A stretch of DNA of 64,000 nt from Gammaproteobacteria bacterium (lineage in GTDB: Bacteria > Pseudomonadota > Gammaproteobacteria > Eutrophobiales > Eutrophobiaceae): contig CBDCTH010000012.1 in assembly GCA_965222155.1 (NCBI GenBank), forward strand, positions 1,568,001 through 1,632,000, in the 5' to 3' direction. The notes under the pieces were generated by a model. The model had not been told where the DNA came from, searched no databases, and saw nothing but the letters and a program-made list of their open reading frames with translations. The position numbers and the translations under genes are program-made. Shown here piece after piece: positions 50,916-60,211 of this stretch (its first letter is position 1; the number at the start of each line of letters is the position of its first letter).

Positions 50916-53672
50916 ATGAAAAAACAGACATTAAACTTCACTGTAAACGACCAAACAGAAACAATTGAAATCACCCCGCGCACCCGTCTGCTTGATGCTT
51001 TGCGCGTCGACCTGGGGCTGACCGGCACGAAGGAAGGCTGTGGCACCGGGGATTGTGGTAGTTGTACAGTGCTGCTGGACGGAAAAGCCGTCAACTCGTG
51101 CATGCTGCTGGCACTACAGACCGAGGGACGTGAAGTGACCACCATCGAGGGACTGGGCAAGCCGGGAACGCTGGATCCGGTGCAACAGGCTATGGTCCAG
51201 AGCGGCGGCATCCAGTGTGGATTTTGTACCCCGGGCATGGTGCTTTCACTGAAAAGCCTGTTCGACCAAAACCCCCATCCGGACGAAGAAACAGTGCGGG
51301 TCGCCATCTCCAGCAACCTGTGCCGCTGCACTGGCTACAGCAAGATTTTTGACGCTGCAAAAGCGTTAGGCAATGGGAGTGTCTATTCGGTAACCGCCAA
51401 CGCTGATGACGACGCAATCGGTGCGCGCATGGTGCGCACCGATGCCGTGGAAAAAGTAACTGGACACGCCGTCTATGCCGAAGACATCCAGCTGCCGCGC
51501 ATGATCTATGGCGCTCTTGTGCGCAGCACGCAGGCACACGCTAAGATACTGTCTATTGATACCTCTGCGGCGATGAGTCTGGCGGGAGTCAAAGCGGTGG
51601 TTACGGGACCTGAGATTGAGATGGGTTACTACGGTTATGAACTACACGACCTACGGGTGTTCGCGTTGGAAAAAGTGCGTTACCTGGGAGAGCCCGTTGC
51701 CGCGGTTGCGGCCGTGACGCCCGATATCGCGCGGGAAGCGGCCATGAAAGTGAAGGTCGAGTACGAGGAACTGCCGGGGATCTTCGACCCTGAGGACGCA
51801 ATCGCTCCAGGCGCCCCCCTGGTGCATGATGACCCGAATTCTTACCAGTTCGACTGGGAATCGGAACGGACGGGCAACCTGTGCTACAAGCTCGAATTCG
51901 GTGAAGGTGACGTGGAGCGGGGATTCGCCGAATCGGACCGGGTGATCGAAGGGACCTACCACACGCCGGTTGCCCATGCCGGCGCTATCGAACCGCACAG
52001 TGCAACGGCCATGACGGATCCCTCCGGCCGCATCACGGTATGGACCACAACACAAAAGCCCTTCGGCGTGCGCAGTTACCTGGCCCGCGCCTTGAAACGC
52101 TCAATCAGCTCGTTCAGGATTGTACCTACTCACATCGGCGGCGGTTTCGGCGGCAAGCTGTTTCCCGTTCTTGAACCTTACGCGGTGTTGCTTGCGGAGC
52201 GATCGGGACTGCCGGTTCAGATGACCCTGACCCGGGAAGAAGAGATGACGTCGGCAGAACTGTTGCGCCATCCGTCAAAGATAAAGATCAAGACCGGCGT
52301 CAGGAACGACGGCGCCCTGGTTGCCCAACAAGTGCGCATGCTGTTCAACACCGGCGCGTATGGGCCATACGGACCTAATACGGCAGCCCTGGGAAGCCTC
52401 ATGGCCGGCGGTCCCTACCGCATCCCGAACCTGGACATTACCGGCCTGGTTACGTATACCAACAACGTGCCGAATGGCTCCATCCGTTGCCCGTCGGGAC
52501 CGCAGATGGCGTTTGCGGTGGAGACCCATATGGAGAAGGTCGCGCGCGCAGTCGGGATGGATGGCCTGGCGTTCCGCCTGAAGAATGCGTGGGAAAACGG
52601 TGACACGACCTGTACCGGGCAGCCGCTGGACGCGGTCAGTATCAAGGAATGTCTGCAAAAGGCGGCGGACGCGGTGGAATGGGATAAACCACGCCCTCCC
52701 GGCACCGGCAAAGGTCTGGCCTGTAACTGGTGGGTCAGCGGTACCTGGGGTACCCAGACGCTGATTGAAACCAATGAAGACGCCACCTTTCGACTCATAT
52801 CAGGCTGTGTCGACATGGGCACCGGTGGGTTAACCTCAAGTGTGCTGCAAATGGCGGCCGCAGGCCTCGGCGTCCCGGTCAAATCAATCCAGCTGGTGCG
52901 CGGCGATACCGATACCCTGCCTTGGGACCACGGTCATGGTGGCAGTCGCATGACGTTCACTATCGGACGTTCGGCCCGGGAGGCAGCGCAGGACCTGAAG
53001 CGGCAATTGCTTGAAGAAGCTGCAATGCGGCTTGAGGCTTCGGTGGACGATATGGTGCTCGAAGACGGACAGGTCTTTGTCCGTGGTGACCGGACAAACT
53101 CAGTATCATTATCCAGCATCTGTTACGACCGGCACAAGAAACACGGCGGACCGATGATCGGTGTCTCGTCCGTCCTGGACGATGCGCCGCCAACGACGAG
53201 GCCGCATCCCATTGGCGGTTTTCCCGCACCGAGTTTCTGCGCCCACGCGCTGGAGTTGAACGTAGACGACGCTACCGGCGAAATTGCCGTGACGCGTTAT
53301 GCTGCAGCCCATGACGTCGGCAAAGCGGTCAACCCCACGGGCTGTGAAGGGCAGATCGAGGGCGGTGTTGCCATGGGTCTCGGTCTGGCCATGATGGAAG
53401 AACTGCGCGAAGTCAACGGAAAGGTCTTGAACCCCAGCTTCGCCGACTACCTGCTGCTTACCGCCGAAGACATGCCGCCGATGCAGACTATACTGGTGGA
53501 ACAACCGGCGATTGAGGGGCCGATCGGTGTCAAAGGCGTTGGCGAACCGCCCATTGCGCCTCCCACGGGCGCCTTGGCCAACGCACTGGCCGATGCTCTG
53601 GACGTCGACGTCCAGCGTCTGCCCCTGACCCCGGAACAGGTGTCGGCACTCATTGCAGCCAGAAAATCATGA
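50916..53672 (+). CDS. Xanthine dehydrogenase-family molybdoenzyme, fused [2Fe-2S] small and Mo large subunit
   Basis: GTKEGCGTGDCGSC, QCGFCTPG, CRCTGY; GGGFGGK, GQIEGG, KGVGEP. Confidence 0.92.
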   Translation: MKKQTLNFTVNDQTETIEITPRTRLLDALRVDLGLTGTKEGCGTGDCGSCTVLLDGKAVNSCMLLALQTEGREVTTIEGLGKPGTLDPVQQAMVQSGGIQCGFCTPGMVLSLKSLFDQNPHPDEETVRVAISSNLCRCTGYSKIFDAAKALGNGSVYSVTANADDDAIGARMVRTDAVEKVTGHAVYAEDIQLPRMIYGALVRSTQAHAKILSIDTSAAMSLAGVKAVVTGPEIEMGYYGYELHDLRVFALEKVRYLGEPVAAVAAVTPDIAREAAMKVKVEYEELPGIFDPEDAIAPGAPLVHDDPNSYQFDWESERTGNLCYKLEFGEGDVERGFAESDRVIEGTYHTPVAHAGAIEPHSATAMTDPSGRITVWTTTQKPFGVRSYLARALKRSISSFRIVPTHIGGGFGGKLFPVLEPYAVLLAERSGLPVQMTLTREEEMTSAELLRHPSKIKIKTGVRNDGALVAQQVRMLFNTGAYGPYGPNTAALGSLMAGGPYRIPNLDITGLVTYTNNVPNGSIRCPSGPQMAFAVETHMEKVARAVGMDGLAFRLKNAWENGDTTCTGQPLDAVSIKECLQKAADAVEWDKPRPPGTGKGLACNWWVSGTWGTQTLIETNEDATFRLISGCVDMGTGGLTSSVLQMAAAGLGVPVKSIQLVRGDTDTLPWDHGHGGSRMTFTIGRSAREAAQDLKRQLLEEAAMRLEASVDDMVLEDGQVFVRGDRTNSVSLSSICYDRHKKHGGPMIGVSSVLDDAPPTTRPHPIGGFPAPSFCAHALELNVDDATGEIAVTRYAAAHDVGKAVNPTGCEGQIEGGVAMGLGLAMMEELREVNGKVLNPSFADYLLLTAEDMPPMQTILVEQPAIEGPIGVKGVGEPPIAPPTGALANALADALDVDVQRLPLTPEQVSALIAARKS

Positions 53673-54532
53673 TCAACGGTTTCGAGTTCATACAACCTCG
53701 TGACATTCCGGAGGCCCTCAAAGCGCTTACGGAATCTGGCCGAGTCCTGCCGGTAGCCGGCGGCACCAACGTTCTGGTGAACATGAAACATGCACCGCTG
53801 GAAGCCGACCTGGTCGTTGACCTGACCCGACTTGAAGCCCTGACGCCTATCTCGAACAGCAATGGCTCCATCCACCTGGGGGCAGGCGTGACCTTTGCCC
53901 GTCTGCTTGAATGGCAACCAGGAGGGGCGGTTGAAGGACTCATGCAGCCCATGTGCGTTGCCTTTGCCGGCCCGCTCATCCGTAACCTGGCCACTGTTGG
54001 CGGAAATATCTGCGATGCATCTGCGGCCGCCGATGTGTCGCCTCCCCTGCTCGCGCTTGATGCCGTCGTTAAGCTGGAAAGCGCTTCGGACGGTCCTCGA
54101 TCCATACCGCTGCCGGAGTTCTTCAAGGGTGTCCGCAAAACTGCCCGGCGCTCCCACGAACTGGTTACAGGTATCGAATTCGCCAGGCCGGATGATGACG
54201 AACACTGGTTTTATTACAAGCTCGGCAAGCGCAAAGCGGATGCAATTTCCATCGTCAGCGTCGCCATGACGGTCAAGCTCAACCGGGGCAAAGTGGAGCG
54301 AGCCCGAATCGCCCTGGGCGCAGTAGCGCCGGTAGCCATGCGCACCCCCGAGGTGGAAGCACTACTCCACGGGGAATCCCTGAACGAGGTCACGATTGCG
54401 GCCGCTGCCGCTACGGCAGCCAGAGAATCCCGGCCTATTGATGATTTCCGCGCCACCGGCGACTACCGGCGGCAGATGGTGGAAGTGCTGGTTAAACGGG
54501 GCCTGAATACTATTGCCGAACAGGCTAAATGA
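53669..54532 (+). CDS. FAD-binding medium subunit (CoxM/XdhB-like)
   Basis: AGGTN, IRNLATVGGN, YRRQM; 4-bp overlap with the large subunit. Confidence 0.92.
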   Translation: MINGFEFIQPRDIPEALKALTESGRVLPVAGGTNVLVNMKHAPLEADLVVDLTRLEALTPISNSNGSIHLGAGVTFARLLEWQPGGAVEGLMQPMCVAFAGPLIRNLATVGGNICDASAAADVSPPLLALDAVVKLESASDGPRSIPLPEFFKGVRKTARRSHELVTGIEFARPDDDEHWFYYKLGKRKADAISIVSVAMTVKLNRGKVERARIALGAVAPVAMRTPEVEALLHGESLNEVTIAAAAATAARESRPIDDFRATGDYRRQMVEVLVKRGLNTIAEQAK

Positions 54533-55287
54533 ACCTTAAGGCTAAACTCGAAGCCGGCCGGTCCGTTGTCGGTGCATTCCTGGGTCTGAGATCGCCCGAT
54601 GCTGCGGAGTTAATGTCGCAGTCCGGGTTTGACTTCCTGTTGGTGGATGCCGAACATTCAAACATCGGCCCGGACAGCGTATTGGAAATGCTTCGGGCCA
54701 TCGACCGGGGTCGCTCCGCTCCCCTGGTGCGGTTGTCCGAGACCAGCGCGTCCCATGTACAGTGGGCACTGGACGGCGGCGCCGAGGGTATCCTGTTTCC
54801 GCGCATACGTTCGGTGGAGGATGTCAAACTGGCGGTTTCACTGTGCCGCTATCCACCGGACGGCATCCGTGGACTGGGGCCAGGCCGCGCGAGCGGTTAC
54901 GGCGCAAACATGCTTGATTATGCCGCTACTGCCAATAATGAGATTTTGGTCATGATCCAGGTTGAAACCGAGGAGGCAGTAGATTGCATCGATGACATCG
55001 CCGCCGTACCCGGGGTAGACCTGATCTTTATCGGACCGGGCGACCTGTCCCAGGTCCTGGGGATACCGGGGGAAATGCACCACCCGCGCATCCGCGAGAT
55101 AGGCAAGCGGACGTTGTCGGTGTGCCGGGAGAATTCGGTACACTTCGGTATCCTCACCCTGCAGGAGGAACCCCTGGCCTACTGGAAGGAACAGGGCGCC
55201 CAGTTCTTCGCGGTGGGGACCGACGCGCTCTTTCTGACCAAATCCTGCCGCAGATCGCTGGGTCTGTGGGATAAATATTCCGGCTGA
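54529..55287 (+). CDS. HpcH/HpaI class II aldolase
   Basis: DAEHS, LDGGA, RYPPDGIRG, QVET, FIGPGDLS. Confidence 0.9.
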   Translation: MNLKAKLEAGRSVVGAFLGLRSPDAAELMSQSGFDFLLVDAEHSNIGPDSVLEMLRAIDRGRSAPLVRLSETSASHVQWALDGGAEGILFPRIRSVEDVKLAVSLCRYPPDGIRGLGPGRASGYGANMLDYAATANNEILVMIQVETEEAVDCIDDIAAVPGVDLIFIGPGDLSQVLGIPGEMHHPRIREIGKRTLSVCRENSVHFGILTLQEEPLAYWKEQGAQFFAVGTDALFLTKSCRRSLGLWDKYSG

Positions 55288-55320
55288 CTGCCCATCAAGC
55301 GGACATCAGGTGGGGGACGG

Positions 55321-56580
55321 TTAATCGATTATCTTCTCGCCCGTGGCATACAACAACCATAGAATACCTCCCAGTACCTGCACGGCCGCGGCTATCATAA
55401 AGACGCCGGCATAACTGCCGGTCTGGTCCAGCAACCAACCTGCCAGGACAACGCCGACGACACCGGGAATGGTGCCAAAAGTATTGGAAATGCCCACCAG
55501 CACGTCGGCATAGCGCGGCGCGATATCAAGGAAGTTCGGCACATATCCCGAGAAGGTAAGTGCAATGCTGGCAAGCGCGCCACACATCACTGCCAAAGCG
55601 ATCAAGGGGGTGTGCGCATACGGCACAAGCAGGAAAAACACGGCCGAGCCGAACATGCCGCCGGTTTGCATGAGTTTGCGAACAAAGGTGATACTGTTGC
55701 CCCGCTTTACGAGTCTGTCCGCTGCCCAGCCTCCGACATTGGTCATCACAAACATGGTCAGCCATGGTGCAGCAGAATAGAGCCCGGCACTTGTGACGCT
55801 GAGCGATTGTATATCACGGAAATAGCTGGGTAGCCAGGCAAGCATCAGGTAGAGCCCCCAGTTGGTACAGAAATGATTAATGAATAGAACCAGGACGGCT
55901 CTGTGTGACAGTAATTTTTTCCAGGGTATGCCTGCGGTCTCCTGTTTGCTCTCGGATAAAGTGGCCAGCAACTTAAGTTCCGCTGCGGATATCCCGGGAT
56001 GCTCAGCAGGAGAATTGGTTGCTTTGAAATACCAGACGACAGCCCAGACCACACCAAGCAAGCCAAAAATATAAAAGGCATAGGGCCAGCCATACCGTGT
56101 CACTATCCAGCCTGTGGTGGTCAACGCAAACAAGGTGCCCAAAGGTATTCCGCTGGTTAATAATCCCATGGAACGTGAGCGCTCAGCCTCAGGAACCCAG
56201 TGTGAGAAGAGGTTATAAGAGGCCGGGAACATCGCCGCCTCGCCCAGCCCCATGGCGATGCGAACGGCGATCAATAAGGGCAGCGATATCAAGGCCGCGA
56301 CGGGGGTCAGTATGGTAAAGACGGACCAGGACAACACGGCAAAACCGAGAACAAGCTTGCCGCCAATTTTATTTGCCAGCCAGCCACTGGGCGCCTGCAG
56401 GATCATGTAACCGATAAAAAAGGAAGACAGCACCAACCCCTTGGTAGTGTCCGACCAGCCGAAGGCCTCCTGCATGGGAATGATGGCGACTGATATATTT
56501 ACCCGATCGATATAACAGATAAACGCGGCGCAGAAACAGAGAAAGACGATGTTATGACGCTTTTGCACTGTCAGCGGCAA
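55321..56580 (-). CDS. MFS transporter, anion:cation symporter (ACS) family
   Basis: CYIDRVNISVA, SSFFIGY, GISNTFGTIPG. Confidence 0.9.
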   Translation of the reverse strand: MPLTVQKRHNIVFLCFCAAFICYIDRVNISVAIIPMQEAFGWSDTTKGLVLSSFFIGYMILQAPSGWLANKIGGKLVLGFAVLSWSVFTILTPVAALISLPLLIAVRIAMGLGEAAMFPASYNLFSHWVPEAERSRSMGLLTSGIPLGTLFALTTTGWIVTRYGWPYAFYIFGLLGVVWAVVWYFKATNSPAEHPGISAAELKLLATLSESKQETAGIPWKKLLSHRAVLVLFINHFCTNWGLYLMLAWLPSYFRDIQSLSVTSAGLYSAAPWLTMFVMTNVGGWAADRLVKRGNSITFVRKLMQTGGMFGSAVFFLLVPYAHTPLIALAVMCGALASIALTFSGYVPNFLDIAPRYADVLVGISNTFGTIPGVVGVVLAGWLLDQTGSYAGVFMIAAAVQVLGGILWLLYATGEKIID

Positions 56581-57266
56581 AGTGGCACAGACTCCTGGGG
56601 CACGCCCTCGAGGGCTGCATCCAGGGCATGTCTCGCGGCGGACTTCGCGTTGATGTAGCCCGTAAGCAGTTCCAACCCGGCAGTCGCTGTTTCAATCCTG
56701 GTGAGTCGCAATTTGGGGTTATCAAAAAAGTTCTGGATGAACCCGGTTTGCGTAAGCCGCAGTTCGGCCAACTCGCCAGTACCCGGATTACGCTTCACCT
56801 CCTTGACCATGTACTCCCGCCGCTGCATAAAAATATATTCATCATTGACCACCAGGTAGCTCTTGAGCGTCACTGAGCGCCAGTCCGATTTCAGGGAATG
56901 TTCTTCATCCCAGCCACCATGGATCAACACGAGTCCGGCGCGGGCGCTGGATCCCGGGCGGTACATCTGGTTAAAGACATCTTCTATATCGCACCTGTGC
57001 TGCCGGGAGGTAAGCAGCGCATCGGTCAGACGCCTGAGACGATCCGTCTGCACTTGACGCTCCGTAGATGGAAAGAACATCAGTGCTATCACCTTTTCCT
57101 CCCCCGGACCGGTAACCGGTGTCGCCCAGAGTGTCATTTCCACTTTCTTGACAGTTCCGCGGTACTCACCTTCGATTCCGGTGAAATAGCTTTCATTATC
57201 AGTAGCCGGAACCCCGTTGCTGAAAATAAAGATGAATAATAAATATACGATCGGTTGTACTTTCAT
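56571..57266 (-). CDS. Hypothetical exported protein
   Basis: 231-aa ORF with signal-peptide-like start, overlaps the MFS start by 10 nt. Confidence 0.6.
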   Translation of the reverse strand: MKVQPIVYLLFIFIFSNGVPATDNESYFTGIEGEYRGTVKKVEMTLWATPVTGPGEEKVIALMFFPSTERQVQTDRLRRLTDALLTSRQHRCDIEDVFNQMYRPGSSARAGLVLIHGGWDEEHSLKSDWRSVTLKSYLVVNDEYIFMQRREYMVKEVKRNPGTGELAELRLTQTGFIQNFFDNPKLRLTRIETATAGLELLTGYINAKSAARHALDAALEGVPQESVPLCR

Positions 57267-57399
57267 ATTGGACCCGGTAACTATTTATAAGCAGGTTTAT
57301 GATAACAAACAATTGAGATATGACATGATTGTTTGAGACAGGTTCCGTTATCCTGCTTCGCACACAACCAGTATAGAAATAGCATTATATCTGTTATCG

Positions 57400-57438
57400 T
57401 TGACTCTCGTGCCTTACTTATATATAATTTTTGTAAGG
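57400..57438 (+). promoter_or_regulatory. Sigma70 promoter with operator-like inverted repeat for the AbrB-PIN TA pair
   Basis: TTGACT-17-TATAAT; CCTTAC...GTAAGG; AAGGAG RBS. Confidence 0.75.
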
Positions 57439-57447
57439 AGAACTATT

Positions 57448-57690
57448 ATGATAGTCAAAATTACATCTAAACGACAGGTCACATTCCCGGCTAGAGTGTT
57501 GGACGCGCTTGGAGTGGGTCCCGGTGATCAAATCGAGTTGAAAGAGGCGCCTGACGGGTTCATTCTGCGGCCCAGGCGCATCGACTATTCCAAACTGGGC
57601 TTTCTCAAAGACAAGATCGATCCCCGTATCGAACCGTTCGATATCGAGAAGTTCCGGAGTGAGCCTTATGGCCCGTCGCTACGGGATTGA
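57448..57690 (+). CDS. AbrB/MazE-type antitoxin
   Basis: KITSKRQVTFP...LGVGPGD. Confidence 0.85.
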   Translation: MIVKITSKRQVTFPARVLDALGVGPGDQIELKEAPDGFILRPRRIDYSKLGFLKDKIDPRIEPFDIEKFRSEPYGPSLRD

Positions 57691-58063
57691 CACATCCGTC
57701 CTCCTGCGACTGATTACCGCACAGCCTCCTTCTTCATATACGTACTGCGTCGAGCAACTTTCCTTGTTAATCGAGAATGGCGCAGAAGTATTTGCCTCGA
57801 ACCAGGTTATTGGGGAAGCATATATCGCCGCCCAACACCACTATAATGTATCTAAGTCCGATGCTTCTATGGCAATCTCAAGTGCGCTGAGTAGCGGTCT
57901 GGTAGCGCCGCTGAACGGGAGCACAATCATTGATGCTCTTGCGGCGCCCGGGAAACCAGGCCTGTTTGACCGCTTGATCGCCAACGACTACACGCGCGCT
58001 GGCCTGGAAGTCCTTACACTAGATCGTAAAATGGCGACCTTGCCTGACACACAGTACCTATAG
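57668..58063 (+). CDS. PIN-domain (VapC-like) toxin
   Basis: IDTSV, E, D.LI, TLD. Confidence 0.85.
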   Translation: MARRYGIDTSVLLRLITAQPPSSYTYCVEQLSLLIENGAEVFASNQVIGEAYIAAQHHYNVSKSDASMAISSALSSGLVAPLNGSTIIDALAAPGKPGLFDRLIANDYTRAGLEVLTLDRKMATLPDTQYL

Positions 58064-58197
58064 ACCAGGGATTACAGACTACAGGGAGGGTTTTGAGTTT
58101 GCTTTAATCTCTTCTGTCTGAAAATTCAATTATCCGCATTTTCATGGCAAGACGATCACCCACGAAACTTTCTGATATCTAATTAATCACAGTAATA

Positions 58198-58233
58198 TTG
58201 TGCTAATCGTAAACATGATTTACAATTAGCACA
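58198..58233 (+). promoter_or_regulatory. Probable leaderless promoter within a 15-bp inverted repeat
   Basis: TTGTGC-17-TACAAT-6 nt-ATG; TGTGCTAATCGTAAA / TTTACAATTAGCACA. Confidence 0.6.
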
Positions 58234-59396
58234 TGATAATTCCAAGAGAAATCACACAAACAGTCATCGACGATCTTGAACACTTTCCGGCCGTAGCCAT
58301 TCTCGGACCCAGGCAGGCAGGTAAAACAACGTTAGCAAAGTCAGTGACCGGAACGCGTCCTGATACCTTGTATCTCGATCTCGAACGCCACTCTCACCTG
58401 GCACAATTACAGGATGCCGAGGCGTTTCTCTCTCTGCATCAGGATAAACTGGTTTGTATCGACGAGGTACAATTAAGACCGGATCTGTTCCCGTTGTTGC
58501 GCGCGTTAATTGACGACCACCCGAAACCGGGACGATTTCTGATCCTGGGGTCATCATCTCCGGATTTACTGCGGCAATCATCCGAAACACTGGCAGGCAG
58601 GTTATCTTATGTGTACATCACGCCGTTCCACCAGCGCGAGCTGCTACGAGCGGAAGATAAATTGAAGGACTGGAGCGAGATGTTATGGCGTGGTGGCTTT
58701 CCGAAAAGTTATCTGGCAGACACTAATGCGCGCAGCTTCCGCTGGCGTGAGAACTATATACAAAGTTTCGTTGAGCGGGACCTGCGTCAGTTCGGCATTG
58801 AACTGAACCCTCAATACATGCGCAGACTCTGGTTGATGTGTTGCCACCTGCATGGGCAGACGGTCAACTACTCCGGACTGGGACAATCACTGGATGTAAC
58901 CCATCCCACCTTGAAACGCCATATCGATGTTTTTGAAGCCACCTTCATGATGCGCCGGCTTCCTCCTTTTGCAGTGAATACAAAAAAACGTCTGGTGAAA
59001 TCTCCCAAGCTATACATCCGGGACTCCGGACTGGTGATTTGTCTGCTCGACCTGGACAGCTTTGACAAATTGTATGGGCACCCTGCCTATGGCGCTTGCT
59101 GGGAAGGCTTTGCTGTGGAGAATATCCTGAGCATGTTAAAGCCGCGGGGAATATACGGCTTTTTCAGGACTCTCACCGGCCAAGAGATTGATCTTGTCAT
59201 AGAGCATCAAGGAAAGCGGCTTGGTTTTGAATTCAAAACATCATCAAGTCCACAACTCAACAGTGGCAACAAAGTTGCCGCCAACCTATTGAACCTGGAT
59301 AAACTCTTCGTAGTCGTTCCACAGGGAAATGCTTACCCCATCGCAGCTGACAAAGTCTGGGTGTGCCCGCTTGAACAACTTGAGCAATACCTCTAG
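58233..59396 (+). CDS. AAA_14 ATPase with DUF4143 and C-terminal PD-(D/E)xK-like motif
   Basis: GPRQAGKTT, IDEVQ, LGSS, ETLAGR, KSPKLY..DSG, EIDLV...FEFK. Confidence 0.9.
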   Translation: MIIPREITQTVIDDLEHFPAVAILGPRQAGKTTLAKSVTGTRPDTLYLDLERHSHLAQLQDAEAFLSLHQDKLVCIDEVQLRPDLFPLLRALIDDHPKPGRFLILGSSSPDLLRQSSETLAGRLSYVYITPFHQRELLRAEDKLKDWSEMLWRGGFPKSYLADTNARSFRWRENYIQSFVERDLRQFGIELNPQYMRRLWLMCCHLHGQTVNYSGLGQSLDVTHPTLKRHIDVFEATFMMRRLPPFAVNTKKRLVKSPKLYIRDSGLVICLLDLDSFDKLYGHPAYGACWEGFAVENILSMLKPRGIYGFFRTLTGQEIDLVIEHQGKRLGFEFKTSSSPQLNSGNKVAANLLNLDKLFVVVPQGNAYPIAADKVWVCPLEQLEQYL

Positions 59397-59670
59397 CCCG
59401 GATTTCTCACCAGGTCGCTTGTCGTCATCGGCTATTTGTTTGCTGTCAATACGTTATGACGACCTGCTCACTATATCGACATAACAGACTGCGCTTGATG
59501 CGCTGACAAATCGTCAGGATAGACGATTTGCACGGCGACAGCCGCCAGTAAGGTTGCGCCCAGAGCCTGCCCCCCTGCTTACAACCGCAGGGGCAAGCTC
59601 TGTATGGAGTTGAGCAGGGGGATGGGCGCAATGAGCGCGCCGGATTTTTGATGTGCGCCCTCCATTGACT
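59396..59670. mobile_element. MITE family B copy 4 (internal block inverted, right end lost)
   Basis: TA|GCCCGGATTTCTCACCAG; first about 105 bp match the 44628 copy. Confidence 0.8.
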
Positions 59671-59674
59671 CTCC

Positions 59675-59699
59675 GGGGACGGATTTCAAATCCGTCCCC
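59675..59699. repeat. GGGGAC-type palindrome (related copies at 33030, 34160, 43289, 49264)
   Basis: GGGGACGGATTTCAAATCCGTCCCC. Confidence 0.85.
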
Positions 59700-59881
59700 T
59701 TATGTACTGCGGGCGTCCAAATCTGCTCCGGGCAGATTTATTTTTTCGGTTTACCGGTTTTGCCATATGCAAAAAAGAACAGAATACGTATCATTTTGCA
59801 GTTCTATTTGGTAGACGACAGGCCTAACGGTTAAAATGCAGACTGTCTTCTATTGTGTTGTCTCCTATTATGATGATGTGA

Positions 59882-59917
59882 TTGACAAAGTAGCTATAAG
59901 TTGCTACTTTGTGATAC
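59882..59917 (+). promoter_or_regulatory. Probable leaderless promoter and palindromic operator of the Phd-VapC pair
   Basis: TTGACA-17-TACTTT-7 nt-ATG; ACAAAGTAGC / GCTACTTTGT. Confidence 0.7.
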
Positions 59918-60211
59918 ATGAGATCAGTCGGCATCAAAGTGTTAAACAATCGGTTGAGCGAATACGTGCGGCTGGCAGCTTCCGGCGAAACGGTACTGGT
60001 GACAGATCGTGACCGGGTGGTGGCAGAAATCAGTCCGCCACGGGAAACACGGAGTCCGATCCTGGCTGATGCCTTTCTGGCCGAGGCAGTACGTAGCGGC
60101 TGGTTGACGCCGCCAGCGCTGCCTGCCACAAGGGAGCCCCAGCCGGCAACGCCGGTTGCCCGTTTGACTGAGATTCTGGACGAACTGGACGCGGACAGAA
60201 GTGACCGGTGA
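59918..60211 (+). CDS. Phd/YefM-type antitoxin
   Basis: VGIKVLNNRLSEYV...GETVLVTDR..VVAEI. Confidence 0.85.
   Translation: MRSVGIKVLNNRLSEYVRLAASGETVLVTDRDRVVAEISPPRETRSPILADAFLAEAVRSGWLTPPALPATREPQPATPVARLTEILDELDADRSDR

Noticed and set aside
50916-54532. Calling the molybdoenzyme an aerobic CO dehydrogenase
   Set aside because: Lacks AYRCSFR, has a fused subunit layout and no coxDEFG genes
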